DNA from: Bigelowiella natans CCMP2755
Taxonomy: Eukaryota > Protista > Cercozoa
Reading direction: 5' to 3'
NCBI GenBank assembly: GCA_000320545.1
Contig: ADNK01000096.1
Span: 62,001-126,000 of the forward strand
Length of the DNA: 64,000 nt
Shown: positions 1 to 13,777 of the stretch, one piece after another
How the letters are laid out: each line of letters begins with the position of its first letter
Position numbering within the stretch: position 1 is the first letter of the stretch
The notes under the pieces: model-generated
Database searches by the model: none
What the model was told of the DNA's origin: nothing
Seen by the model: the letters and a program-made list of their open reading frames with translations, nothing else
Made by a program: the position numbers and the translations under genes

Positions 1-1269
1 GGGGACGGGAGGGATGAAGATGAGAATTCTCTCATCGTAGGAGAACCTTCCTGTACTACCAATGATGGAGCTTTCACTGCTGCTGCTTCTACGACTACTA
101 CAACGACAACAACTACAACTACAACAACTGCTGCTGCTAACTACCTAAATGGCTACACCATCATCACTTTCATCGCTGCGATTGCTACTAATCTACACTC
201 AACCGATTCTAGTGAAGCGGTACATCCAAAGCCAAGATGCCGCCACAGCACCGAGGGCTGCCAGCTTGATGATTATGATGAGAACAAAGGATAAGTGAAT
301 AAGCCCTGCCATGCCAACTTCTTCTGATGACCTACTTAAATATCACTACGTGCCGCCACTGCACTACAACTATACCCATCAGTACTATCATAGTGCTATT
401 TATTGGCATTGCTAATGCCACTGGTGATGCTAATTCTCAACAAACGAACTACCGAGCTAATAAGGCCACTGCTGACTGGAGATTGCAAGCCATTCCCCAC
501 CGTTGCGGCGAAAGTCAATGTGACGGTTGATATAGCCGTCAAGATAAGCTGTGACCACCACGCAAACCAGCCCCCCCTATTTCGTTAATATTACCATCAA
601 TAACAGCACGCTGCAACGTAGTAAAGGACTATTCGTATCATAAATGAATAAGTGATAGCAGATTTGTTGGTGCGAGAGCACGGGTGTTGGTTCGGCACCT
701 CCACAGATATTTCACCACACGCCTTTTCTGTTCCGGCACTCTCTCCCACTGGATCCTAATGGTATGGCGATGACACGTAATTTGTTCAACGCAATTTCAT
801 ATAGCGACACACGTGGAAGAAGAATACAAAAATCCCACTGACCCTCGGTCAAACAGCTTGGTGCGGGTGACCTAAATGCCGACACATCTTGAGTTCTAGA
901 TCATCATGCTATGTTTTTGCTTGGTTCACCTACCTTTCCACCGATTCTCCCCACTGATGACTTCTCTCCTTCCCCGTTTGAGGGGGCGCCCCCTCTCCCA
1001 TCAGTGATGTCAGCCAAAGAGATAATTGATCGTAAATCGCGTCGTGCAGAATAAGGAAGAGCCCATTGAGTCTGGTCGTTGTTGTAATTGCTGAATGATG
1101 AAGCCGCTCGTTTTACTCCGCCACCCCTCCGTAAGTCAGCTTTCAATGATTTAAGATGCTCTCGTGACCCCAACGGTGACGACGGCGATGATCGGATCCT
1201 TGTCGTGATGGATGATCCTGCGGCATCGGGCACCAACAAGAAGAGGCAGGCCAATGATGTCGGGACCAT
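1..1269 (-). CDS. Partial spliced gene (5' part), hypothetical protein with signal peptide and transit-like leader; appears to run off the left edge
   Basis: ORF 904-1269 starts MVPTSLACLFLLVPDAAG (hydrophobic), then an S/R-rich stretch and LRRGGG. GT donor near 932 and further short AG/GT-bounded segments downstream. No recognisable domain. Confidence 0.5.
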
Positions 1270-1652
1270 ATTATGGATTATCGGCTCGTTGTGCGCGAGG
1301 AATTCAGTTTTGCTGCTGTTGTTTTAAATCCCAAGAAAGGGCTCGGTGGGAGGAGGGCTGGATCCAAATAACAATAATTTCAACAAGAATAAGAAGAAGA
1401 ATCGAGCTCAGATTCCTTGTCGTATTTAAAAAATCCTATCCGTTTATAGATTCTGACCGAGTTTATCGGGAGCACCATTATACAGAATCCCGGTAACTAC
1501 CCGTTATTTACAGCAACAACAACTGCAACAACGTCCCCCCTCAATTATTCGCTGCACCACTTACGTACTCGTGCTAGCGTTCCTTCCTCTTGCGGGTGGA
1601 TATACATCGATTTTAGCGTTAGGATATTTGTTCGCAGTGGGAGGAGAGTGCT

Positions 1653-2875
1653 ATGCCATCCCACTCCCACAACTACAGCAAGACCCCACGTGATGCAAGA
1701 TTCTCGCCATTAATTGGAATCCTTCTCGTCGCCCTACACGCAACCTGCGGCCACGCCACCACACTGGGGCGCAATCGACATGTTGTTGGGCGTCCTGGTC
1801 AATTTGAAATGTTGAGTAGAAGGGCCATACGAAAACCGGCGAGATTGCACATGAAAGGTCGCTTTGGCTTTCTGTCGAATTCGTGCCTTCAGCGGCAGGC
1901 TCATACATTCTATTTTATTTCGTGAAGGTTTAGATAAAGGTTCGCGTCGGGTAAGTGCTTCAGCATGTGATCCTCAGCATAAAACCCCCGACCTGATGCA
2001 AAGACGTCGTGAAACGATGCTATGGCTTGCGGGAGCTTTAATGAAGCTTTCTGCTGTTCCGGCAGCCACGATGGCATTTGAGCTTCCAGGAACCAACAAC
2101 ACCTGCAACACGCTAGAGGCAAAAGGCATGCAAGTTTGCGAACTGAAGGTACATGAGACCACTTCAGATTCATATGAATGGTGACTAAATATTCCGACCT
2201 GTCAGCAAGGAAATGGCCCCGAACCGGTCGAGGACGACATCGTCAAGTGCAACTACGAAATAAAGCTTGTTGACTCAAATAAGGTTAACTGGTGGATAAT
2301 TTATTTTCTTTGCAGCAGTTCCAATGCAAAATATATCCCTTTGCCCGCAGGTCGTGGTAAACGCTCGTAACTACCTATTTCAACTGGGAATTGGCGAAGT
2401 ATAAATATTGGAATCTCCTTTTCATCTTACTGTTAGTGATCTTCATTTCTGTAGGTTATTGCTGGATGGGAGCTATTAATTCTAGGGGATCCGTCAGGAA
2501 AAGTACTTTAACCGAGATGTTTCAGCATATAAATACAATTGATTTCACCCTTATTTCAATTGCTGATAAGTTCCTCACATGATGCTTCATTTCCATTACA
2601 TAGCTTGAGGCAATGCAAGTTGGCTCTGTTCGACGGGCGATAATTCCGGCCTCTCTGGCGTACGGCGATGGGAAAAGGGGCTGCAACGCTGACGGTTGTG
2701 CTATACCTCCAAATTCGAAGGTGGCCTTTATTTCCCTTTATTCTCTGTTTTGCATAGTTTACGACAAATTTGGTTCGTTTATTTCCAGCTTGAGCTTACA
2801 GTGGAGCTTATTGGGATTAAAGGAGTGACGCAACTAAGCGGAGGCGCAAGTGCGGTGCCATTCGAACTTTCATGA
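1653..2875 (+). CDS. FKBP-type peptidyl-prolyl cis-trans isomerase, probably thylakoid lumen (multi-exon)
   Basis: Spliced exons give GNGPEPVEDDIVKCNYEIKL...YLFQLGIGE|VIAGWELLILG...MQVGSVRRAIIPASLAYG...IPPNSK|LELTVELIGIK (FKBP fold). Leader has a signal peptide (LIGILLVALHA), a transit region and an RRRETMLWLAGAL twin-arginine-like segment. Confidence 0.9.
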
Positions 2876-3373
2876 TGAGCGCCGCCTGCAACTTTTAGTC
2901 ATACTCGATCATAGTGTGTACGTACGTGGATTCCTGGCTATATATGTATATATGTGCCATAGCCTAAGCTAAGGATTATGATTCGCACGATTGCATGCTA
3001 ACACTTTTGCATTGACCGCGCGCTTCAGCGCCCGCATGATTTCTTAGCACAGCCACATTAGACATAATCAATGTTACGCTATAACGCATATAGTGATGTA
3101 CATCATTTGCTACTTAGCTTGAAGACATTTTCTACTGCATGATACATATAGCAACAAAATCGCACCATTAATAAACAGACTGGGATGTCAATGAAGGTAT
3201 GTGATATGACGTCGCGTAGCCGTGCTATATGTATGTTGCATAACCTCTATCACCTCTACTGCGCTGCGTGCGTGCGGCAGGCGGACTGATGCGCTAATAT
3301 GCTAGCTAGCTAGATGCAATCCAATATTACGAGACATCCATGTTATTGCGTGCATGATGTGTTGAATATAAGA

Positions 3374-3374
<1 letters not shown>

Positions 3375-3410
<36 letters not shown>
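3375..3410. repeat. (TG)n microsatellite
   Basis: Perfect TG run between the convergent FKBP and LHC 3' ends. Confidence 0.95.
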
Positions 3411-3414
<4 letters not shown>

Positions 3415-3542
3415 CATACAAAATACAGAATGTGCGTATTGTAGATTGCATTCAAAAATATATTTACATACCAGCGATGTTACGTTCCACCTTAATTTCT
3501 ACAGAAGTCATAGTACAAGGTGTAACATTTTAGCCCTAAAGC

Positions 3543-4695
3543 TTAAAGTACTGGTTCGGGAGACGTAAAAACATACTTGAAGATGTTTTCGTTCGCTGCA
3601 TCTGCTCTGTGGTCAACTAAGTTTTGAAGAGGCCCGTTTCCGGTGGTAGCAGCCTGAATGTAGAAGCCGAGCATGGAGAACATAGCAAGACGGCCGTTCT
3701 TGATCTCCTTGACCTTAAGTTCAGCGAGGTCTGCCTCGTCCTTACCAAACTTAAGAGGGTTGAAATAATCTCCACCAGGGTGCATCTTATCGAATTCCTC
3801 TCCGTTAGGAGCAACTCCGGAAGCACGGTAAGCCTCTGCGCCACCCATAAGAAGAACCTGAGCAGCAGCGATAGCGATAATGGAGGATGCATGGACAAGC
3901 TGAGGAGAACCAAGGTAATCAATACTCTTGTCGTTCAATACGAGAGCACCCGCCTTGAACCAAACAGGTTCCTCAAGTCCAACTCCGTAGTTCATAGCAA
4001 GAATCTCAGGGAAAATGCATCCAAGTGCACCAAGCATAGCCCATCGAGCATGGAGAAGCTCAGCCTCACGGTAGTTAGCGAAAGTTTCAGGATCCGAGGA
4101 AAGTCCAAGAGCATCCCATCCGTAGTCTCCAGGATATTCTCCAGTAAGGTAGTCAGGGACACCAGCGAGGAATGCATCTGGGAGCCATTTTGGGCGATCA
4201 GGGCCGTACCATTCGACGTTGCAGGCGTTCAAGAGAGCCTGATTTCCGTTTTCCTTTCCAAGTTGGCAGACAACACCCTGAGCAAGGGTGCGGAAGTCCT
4301 CGACAGACTTTGCACCTGACTGATGAGCAAGTGCCCCAACCTGCTGCAGAGCCTGGAACCGTGCTGGTTGGTTAAATGCAGCATTCTTCATTCCGGACGC
4401 CCTCTGACTTTTGCTGAGAGACATCATAGCAGCACTGCGGCTAGAAAGAGCGTTGCCTGACTTTGCAGCTGCTCGAATTCCCGTCCCAACAGCTACATTA
4501 AATATGAAGATGTGAGTGTCACGTGTCACGTGCCAAGTCAAGTCGTACTATCAAAAATACGTGAGAATGCAGCAGCTAAAAAAATGGTTCAGTGAAGTAG
4601 ACACCTGGGCTGGAGGATCTGAGGCAGAGGAAGCCTGCAAGGGCAACATTCACAGCCACGCTGGTGCAGATTGCAACACGGTTGGAGAGCTTCAT
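3543..4695 (-). CDS. Chlorophyll a/b-binding light-harvesting protein, LHCII (LhcbM-like), with bipartite leader; 2 exons
   Basis: [42 protein letters not shown] and [19 protein letters not shown] motifs. Exon 1 [25 protein letters not shown] (ATG 4695); intron about 4493-4604. Confidence 0.96.
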
Positions 4696-5477
4696 TGTGC
4701 GATACGACGACGAGTGGCAGGTATGCGTGTTACGACCCGAAGGGTATTTCCGAGTTTTCAGTTTCCAAACATTCCCATTAAAATCCGATAAATCAATAAA
4801 TGCAATCAAATTCATCGATGCGACCTACCAGTGAAGGGGTTTTCAGTCAATCGACCTCTTCGGCGCAGGAATGCAATGCTTTTGCAGATTTAAAGAAGCT
4901 GTTTTTGTAAGTCTCATCATGCAGTTCATCATGCAGTTCGTCTACATTTACCCAATTGAAAATCCAAAAGAGAATCTGGTGATGCGATATCTGAAGAATG
5001 TGCCTGAAATACTACGCAGCAGCTTTTTCTGCTCGAAATCTAGGACATGAATATTCTTCTCCTTGAACGACAACATAATATTCTCCTAAATAAACATTTT
5101 TAGCGGCGCTTCAGGGGCCTAATCCTCCCATGAACAAGAAGCTCTTTTGGTTCTGTTGGGGTGCGCCAGTTGCAGCATCCTGCGACAATGCTAATGGAGC
5201 AGAATCACCATCAATCTTCCTGCATCCAAAGGAGATTACTGCGTCGGTAATTCTATGGAATTCGTGCGCAGATCGACACATTTTCAGATTGTAAGCCGAT
5301 TTATTGATATTATAATAATAAAAATAAAATAATTAAGCGTCTTTCTTCCATCCGTGGGCAGCAATTCCAGGAGAATCGTCTACACCATCGTCACCACAGC
5401 TAACGTCGTCGTCGTCGTGGAATATGGACATTCACACGAACGATCCTCCTCCCCCTCCTTTCTTAAGAATGACGGCA

Positions 5478-5510
<33 letters not shown>

Positions 5511-5524
5511 ACGGCAACATCTTG

Positions 5525-7027
5525 ATGATACCCGACACGCGTATTATCCGCTACAGCAAATTTAAAGGGAGGGAAATCCATGTCTTCATGCTATTCGGGC
5601 TGCTTTCGCTACTGTACTTTCCTGCAAACGGACGTGCTCATCCCCCCGCCGGTCATGCAGCCTGGAAACCCACTGGGAAATTTTCATCATCCTCATCCCC
5701 ATCGTTTTTCCCCAAGATAATACCTCATGCTCGGACAGTACAATCGTGGTCGTCATCACGTGCAAAGCAGCATCCCCTCTACAATGACAGGCGTTATTTC
5801 CAGCAACGTCTGAGAACCAAGACGATGTGGAGATACATGCCCCAGAAGTCCTTTGCCCACCATTGGTTGCAACCACGAATTCCACGACAAATATCTATGA
5901 TAGCAAGAGCGACGAACCCGAGGGCAGTGGAGCGGGAGAGAAACAAGGTAGTAAGTGAAATAATTCAATTTGCAACAACCCTGTAGTGTGCCCATTAATC
6001 GTCTTCCTTCTCAGCGATTCATACATGCGAGCTTGTTTAATTGAGTTATAGCTAAATCACTCTAAACACTTTATTTTTTTACTCACTTGAAGGAGGAAGG
6101 TGGGGAGGTGAGGCAGCACAGGCGTGTTCAGCAAGGCGGCAGTAATGTCATCTCCAACCCATCAGGGTTATTGATGAATAGTGAAACCCGTTTTCCAGTG
6201 GAAAGAAGCGCTTCCCTCCCTATGGACAAGCAAGCTCTAGCATATGAACTTGCTTCATTCATTCAGGGAAAAAGAAACTCAGAACTCTTGGCGAACGTTA
6301 AAGGCAATGACGAGGCGAAAACGAATAAAAGCATAGAGGCCACGGTCCAAGAGCTCACACAACTGTCACGCTCGCTTTCGAGCGTAATGCATGCACGCAA
6401 ACTGGCTACGATGGAACAACTGAGGAAGGACTACGAGACCAACTTGGGGGGGCATCATGTAACTAGCTTCATATGATGAAATAAGTTAGATATCTACATC
6501 GAGTGTTGCTAGACGTTTCCCTTTGTTGTTCCTTCTGTTTGCTGGAAGTACATCCACTACTCTCTCTGAATGATCTGTACCATTCAACTACCGCAATAGA
6601 CCGAATCGCCTACATCCCCATCCCCGTCATAATCCTACTACTTCTTCTTGCCTCCCGCCCCCCTGTTGGCTAACTGGCCCCGTTGTTTCTGTCCTCCTCA
6701 GGCATCCTCAGGAGCCAGAAGCGTAAAGAAGGCCGGAAGGAGGCGCAGCCAACGTCCAAAGAAAAGCTCTGTTTTCCTCGAGACAGTCTCTTCATGGCTC
6801 CTCTCGAAGTTGAAGAGATTCCAGCCTAAATGGCTTAAAGGGGCGATGGCGATGATGGGTATGGATGCCGGCGGGGGGAAGAGGAAACAGAACCAGACCG
6901 GCAGGATTAGGCAGCGCCTCTTTCCGCGATACGTGCCGCCCCAGCGAATGATGGTTCGTGGCACACCCGCTCGGGTGGATCAATGTTAAAGAGTGAAATA
7001 TCCATGTAGCGAAATAAGGATGGCAAC

Positions 7028-7064
<37 letters not shown>

Positions 7065-9431
7065 CGATGATGATGAATGCATACACGTGCGGTGTTGAGC
7101 TCGAAGGAAAACAATACAAACGCCCAATATGTGGATTTGACCCCACTATTGTGGTTCCCGCCGTCCTTCTTCCGTCACATTCCTGACGCAGTACCGCCAA
7201 CTAAAAGGTGCAGAGAAAGATTCGGTCAGCGGTGAAAGGCGTGCTTGACAATCGAAGAAGCAAGGACATAATTGAAAAGGTCATCAACAACACGCGGGGA
7301 ACGCCAGCAGCTTCACTCTTGCCTCCAAGACTCCTTGGCCGGCAGCAACACCAGGATACAATAAGTGTCCATGGTAGAAGCAGCTCTAAGGATAGCAGCA
7401 GCAGCAGTGGCAGCAAGTCTGGTAGCGATGATGATGGCATGATGAATAAGCATCATCCAGCGCAAGACAAAGTCAACGTGGAATCTGCAGGTACTAGGAA
7501 TATATCTCATGCGCAGCATGCGGAGAAAGTCGCTAAAACATATGAAATAATTAATACACGTTTCTGCGTGCGTGAATTTGTGTGTTTGCGTGTGTGTGCC
7601 TTGATAATGATGATGATGATGGTGATAAGGATGGATGGTGCTCTCCAGCACAAAGAGACTTTTGGCGGAAGCACGATTCGAACGGTATTGATGACGATAA
7701 CGACGATTTTTCTTCAAATGAGGATATGTTGACCCATGATTTCAACCCCCCCCGCCCTTCTCATCTCCGTTCCTTACTAGCGTGGAGAGCCGCGATCTGG
7801 AGTTAGCGTCAGCGCTGAACGCCGATTATTACCTTGAAAGCCTGCCCGTGGACCTCGACAACTTCAACTCAGTTTCAGATGTCGCGGTGTATCGACGAGG
7901 GTACTCCACGGTGAGCGAGGTACGGTGACAACAACACGCAGCAATGGTCTTTCTATAGAATATTATTGTCGTCAAGTATAGCTCTGGCCTGCTGATGCGG
8001 CTCTCGTTCGTCGCGATAGAAATCGTGAATAGCGCGTGGCTATCGTAAATGGTTCTCGTCGCCATCGTTGTCATCAGGAGCCTCACTCATGCTGGAGATC
8101 ACCCTAGTAGTAGTGCCACTCTCAGCACCACCGTAGAAACACATAAGAAAACAAAACACATCAGGAAGGACGGCTGTTCGGGGAGAAGCTCGACTACCTC
8201 CAGGCACAGTTCTTCCGTTGGGTGAGGAGGAAAATCCAGAGAGAGAGAGAGAGAGAGAGAGAATGGTGGAAGGATGATGGATGGATGGGTGGGTGTGAAT
8301 AATGAGGGGGGGGGGGTGGGGCGGGGAGAATTTCTAACTGAACCCGGCATACAATCATCTCCCCTCTCCGCCACCTGTCGCCATCATTCATCATGTACAC
8401 GTGTAGCACCAGCAGCGGCAACCGTATACTCACGTAACCTTTCTCAATATTTTGATACGTAGGCTATAAAACTGATGGCAGAGCCATTGCTGGCTCCTGG
8501 TCGCGGCCTCTTGTGGTTATACTACAAGTATAGAGACGCGAAGCTCAAGGAGGCGATATCAGCCGGTGGAAGTAGTAGTAGTCGTAGTATTAGCATGCGG
8601 AGGAAAGAGGGGTGGGGGGGGTGGGGGGGGGGGGGGTAAGGACCCTTGAATAATTTTTCCAATGCTGCTTTCCGTCTTCTTCTTCTTCAGAAGGAAACAA
8701 GCCATACCGTAATACCAATCGCATCATCAGCGGCAGCAGAACAGGTCGTCGTCTCAATGGTTTTTATCATTGTTCCCTCCCCCCACCCCATTTGGGGATA
8801 GACCCGATGCTACTGCTCCCTTTGTTTGTTTGTCGTTTGATACTCACTCAAGTATCATGACGTCGTTGCTGCATTCGATTGAAGACCATGCAATCCCCGT
8901 TGAGCTTGACCTCCTCCTTCTCCTCCTCCTGCTCCTCCTCCTCCTATTCTTGCTTGTGCGTGTGTGGGGGCGAACGCTTTAATGCAGGAGCGGATGGGAG
9001 GCCTATTTTCAACAACTCGAATGCAAAGCAGCAACCTCAGAGTAGAGCAGAGAGTGCGACGACAACAGCTAGCACGAAGAAGAAAATCGAAATTGATGAT
9101 GATGAATCTCTACCATTGCAGTCCCGTAATTCTTCGTCATCTTCGTCGCCGCTCTCGACGTCTTCTCTTCCCTCCCCTCCCCCTCCTTCTCCGCGGAAAA
9201 GCCTTGGGCTGAGACTGATAGAGAGGCTAGAGGTGATCTGCAATCTTGCATGCCATATGTTAGTTGTTTACTTCAAATGTAAGACAACGGTATCATGTAT
9301 GTGACGATGCGTCCCCCTCCTCAATCCTCTTCTTCGGAAGCACGTTTTTCCTGCTAAACTGCACATTTTGTGAATGTCTGTTACAACTAGGAATGTCACA
9401 ACCACACGTATCTTGCATACATAATACAAAT

Positions 9432-9488
<57 letters not shown>

Positions 9489-9906
9489 CATGTGTAGGGA
9501 TGGATATTGTCCAATGTCAGTGACCCTTTCTTCACGTCATCGCCTGCTCCATGGGAAAGCAGCAAGAATACCATAGAATTCCAAAACAAGCCACGCTACG
9601 AAGCTGTACGTAACTGCACTACTATCCTCTCATCCACACAGCGCGTTAGAGATTCATAATAACAAGACGAAACAGGCGAGAAAGGGCGTGTTATCTTCTC
9701 ATTCGATGAGAGCTGGTTAAAGGAGATTTTTTAAATAGAGGGGGGGGGGGGGGGGGATCGGCCACATCGCATTGACGTTGTGCGAAAGAAAGCCTTACAT
9801 GCCTGGGGATATATCAATGCATAGCGAAATGGTATATTTGGATTCGATAGTTTGTGCGCCACCCTACAGCAATTGCTGATCATGCCGACATCGCCCGTCA
9901 CCATCG

Positions 9907-9939
<33 letters not shown>

Positions 9940-10366
9940 ATCCTCACCTCTTCAGGTATTCTCCAGTGGACCCCGTGCGCGTTTATTGCGAAGGTACCTC
10001 TCTGCCCTGGGACTGGTGTCTCCTCTCAACTACTCCCTTGATGCTCTTGCCCCTGAGGAGGAGGAAGAAGGGCCGGGGAGGGGGGGAGGAGGGGGAGGGG
10101 ATTTATTGCTCCAAGTAGGAGCAGAGAAGGAGCAAGGACAGGGCCTACTCAGGCACAAGAAGCTCGAAAACCGCACACGATTTCTCTCCAGAACAGCGGT
10201 TGCTGACGTCCTAGCACCAGGAATCCTATCTACCATCTTCAGGTGGTCTATCTTGCGGCAAGCGTGGCGCGGCTTAATTTCTGTATACGATTTTGCATGC
10301 CTTTGTACGGCGGAGGGGGGGGCACTTCGTACCTCCTCGTGGGTCGTTGGATTCCATAATATTATT

Positions 10367-10402
<36 letters not shown>

Positions 10403-12043
10403 CTATGCATGGATTATGTACCCAGGCGTGCAAGATTGCAGGAACCAACATACCAGCAAGTCATCGTTACGTACAGGGAGGAGGTTGGTTTGTTCTACAT
10501 GATAGTAGTTGTAGTAGCAGCAGCAGGAAGTAGCTTCCCTTCACCTCTCTTCCGAGTTTATCGAGGGGAGCGTTTTCGTCGTGAATACACACCCTCATCA
10601 CTGCTCACAGCTGTGACAGTAGGGCATGTATAGCTCTGCTGTGCCTGCTCTCTCATCCGCCCTCTCGTGCCTTCCACAAGAGAACATCAGATCCATGCCG
10701 ACAGCGTTCAGCAGCACATGACTGTTGTGTGTGGATGTTCTGATCTTCTGCTCAGATTGAGGACCAGGCCCCGAGGCGGCACCAACCCAAGCCAGACGCA
10801 GCGACTACTCGAAACGCGGAGGAGGGCGCGACGGTTCCGAAAAGGGCTGCGCCATCGCCTGGAAGCACCGCCACTAGCAGCAGCAGCAGCAGCAACAACA
10901 ACAACAACAGACGACATGTGACACGCCTTCGGGTGTATGAGCAAATCCCCATAGCAGACATAAAAGTGGTGTTTCCGAGCTCCAAGTTGACCATCCGGCC
11001 TCTGGACGCCCTCCGCCTCGACTTGGTATCGATCATAGCCCTGATCGGTGCTTCCCTCAGTACCAAGCTTGCCGATCTTACGGACATCCAGGCAATCATT
11101 GCGGATGGGGTGAAAATCATATCCCTCGCGGCTATTATCTTCAGGGTGGTATCAGGTAGTACGAGGATGATGATTATGATGATGATGATGCCGAGTAAGA
11201 TGACGATGATTATGATGATTGTGGACAATCGATGGAAGAAAATGATGGGCGATATTAGAATGCCTTTCGTAGTTTTTAGCAGAAAAGGGGTAATGGATCT
11301 TGTTTGGGGAGTTTGCCTTTTGTTTTTCTTTGGAAAAAATCTTGGCGATAAGAGCTATCGCAGTGCTGTGCTGTGCGAAACAAATTCACCACGACACGAT
11401 TGAGGGGGAAACATCAATGATACTTTTCACCAAATGTGACACCGACGGATAGATTATGCCGAATAAACGATCTTCTAGTAAATCTCGCCCTATCGTAGGC
11501 TACAAGCGCGTGTACGACCGTTATCAGCTATTCGTGAGTCAGACTCTGAAGGACAAAACGCTCGCTTCCGGGTTCGACGTGCTCCGGTTTTTGCTCGATG
11601 AGTCCGCCGAGCAGAAGACCAAGGAGCTCTTGATGGTTTATTTTCTCATATTGTCATCTTCGTCGCATTCACAGCGCGCAGGACAAAATGATAGCAGCCC
11701 CCTCTCCGCTCAAAGCGGGCTGACTAGGGATGAAATTGAGGGCCTCTGCGAGGAGTTCTGCTCTCGACGATTTCCAGACGAACAGCCATCAATCTCGAAA
11801 CATGTCGGTGAGACACTTGAGGAGCTAGAAGAGCTGGGGATTATCAACGCGGCGGCTACAAGCATTGCAGTTGAAGAGAGCCGCCCCTCGGAACAAGCAA
11901 GCGACGAAGAGGATGCGGGTCTGCAGAAAGGCAAAGATGAGGTCAACCCTGCCACCAATATCTTATATACCGCCGTAGAAACGAATGTGGCGAATATGAA
12001 ATTGAAGGAGCAGTGGGAGTCATTATTCCCCAATGCCGGATGA
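5525..12043 (+). CDS. DUF3754 / TMEM143-like membrane protein with bipartite plastid-type leader (multi-exon, long microsatellite-rich introns)
   Basis: Exons YYLESLPVDLD...VYRRGY, LQEPTYQQVIVTYR, LRVYEQIPIADIKVVFP...LRLDLVSII and YKRVYDRYQLFVSQTLKDKTLASGFDVLRFLLDESAEQ resemble plant DUF3754 proteins. Start is 5525 or 5588 (MLFGLLSLLYF). Confidence 0.82.
9432..9485. repeat. Compound (CA)n(TA)n intronic microsatellite
   Basis: Read directly. One of many intronic (GAT)n, (TA)n, (CT)n, (TG)n and poly-G/C tracts in the window. Confidence 0.95.
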
Positions 12044-12680
12044 TGTCTGTCAATAGTGTCGAAACTGCGTAAGGAACCAACTTTCGATCCTCGTCAGCAA
12101 AGAAAGATTGAAATGCACGCTATGAGTCGCAGTTAGATATAGAAATGAAATTACATGTCGTCGTACGCGCGGGAATCGATTAGTCGTTTCTCTTGAACCA
12201 TGATTTATAGTTTTGTGGCAATAAATGAGTAGCGGATTATTTTTCCCGACGTTGTGTACGCGTACGGGAGGCAATTGTGGAGACAGAGATGCACCGAAGA
12301 AAGCACATAGCTACACCTAAACTTTGTGCCATTGCATTAGTGTGGCAGTGTGATGACGAGATGGTGCTGCGAGATGGTGCTGCGACTACGTACTAGATGT
12401 GCGTTGTTACGTCCACAGATGCACTAGCTAGGTGCGCGTAATTGCACACAGCCTGTTATCCATGACTCTGTCTTCTGCACTTTACATGGCCTTACATGCT
12501 GTGTGGGTAGAATGCAAAGCTACGCGTTTCATGTGATGATTCATTGCAGTGCATCTAATGAAGATAAAGATGACGGTTCCTTTGATGCACGCCCCTGCTG
12601 ATGACACGTGCATCACAGCATTTGCAACACAGTGATGCTGGGGGTCGCGCAAATGCACGCCGTGGACGCGTGTTGTATAA

Positions 12681-13510
12681 TTTGTTGCAAGATGGCTGAT
12701 GCAAGTGTGCATTGCATGCACACACGTGCATGTGTGATGATGTGCATGACAAATCAGATTCATGATGGACACATTGCATTGCTGTGTCCATCATGTTTCT
12801 ACACGCACGATCAATGATTGACCACAGACACAACGCAATGTGCACATCATGACATTGCGGAACATGTGTGACAACTGTGCGTGCTCGCTAGCCATCGCAA
12901 CGTTCAGGACACACGTTCATGCAAACGTTGCAGTTGTGAACTGTTGTGTTTGGTGCATGTGCTGACAAACGACCAGGTGCGATGTGAAAACCATCTCATG
13001 GTGCACAGAGCACGTCACAAGCACACAGCACACAGCACACAGCACACAGCACACAGCACACAGCACAACCATGCTGGCATGGCCACACAGACACGCACGT
13101 GCAACACACGCAACACGCACAATGCATGCTTTGTCACACAGCACGTGAAAACACGAACTCATTGCGTTGTCACGCAGCACACAGCATATAGTGCACAGCA
13201 CACAGCACACAGCACACATGTGTCCATGGAATCGATTCAGATGACAGTTCAAACCAGAGCTGGGTCACGGGGTCGGTCCTAGCCCCACTCCACGACACTC
13301 TCGTGATCACACGTCTGCCCTGCCTCATTGAAAGTCAATCTCTGCATCAACTCATGCGATGTGGGGCATCTGTAGTCAGGAGGGACGGCTTTGAGCTCCA
13401 CATCTTCCCCTCTTCCGTCGCGCGAGCGGAGGAACCGATTGTGTGCTCGTCATCATTGCCATTTTTTGAGCACCTTGTCGCAGGGAAAGAATGAACGGGC
13501 ATTTTCACCC
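12681..13510. other. TpA-depleted, TpG/CpA-rich intergenic patch containing (CAGCACA)n arrays
   Basis: Hand count of 6 TpA in about 830 bp. Heptamer arrays at about 13020-13067 and 13175-13216. Confidence 0.85.
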
Positions 13511-13777
13511 CAAAAACATACGCATGCAAGCACAAATCTTTTGCCACGGTGACACATGTGACGACCCCCTCCGCGTAGATCTATTCAATCGACCACACAA
13601 CATCGTAAAATAAATGCCCGGTCCGCGCCGAGGGAAGAAGGCCTCCTGGACACATGCGCGACAGCAAGCGATTCTCGATGATTTTTACCGACCGAATTTC
13701 GGCGAAAACCACCGATAAATAAGCAAGCCAAACTAGCGCTCCAAGCCCGGGAACAGCTTTCACCGACTCCTACCACA

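Noticed and set aside
3624-4319. 231-aa + strand ORF overlapping the LHC gene
   Set aside because: Antisense shadow of a codon-biased gene with no independent motifs.
12482-13282. His/Cys/Met-rich ORFs that look like metal-binding proteins
   Set aside because: By-product of TpA loss (fewer TAA/TAG stops, Tyr replaced by His/Cys) and of the heptamer array.
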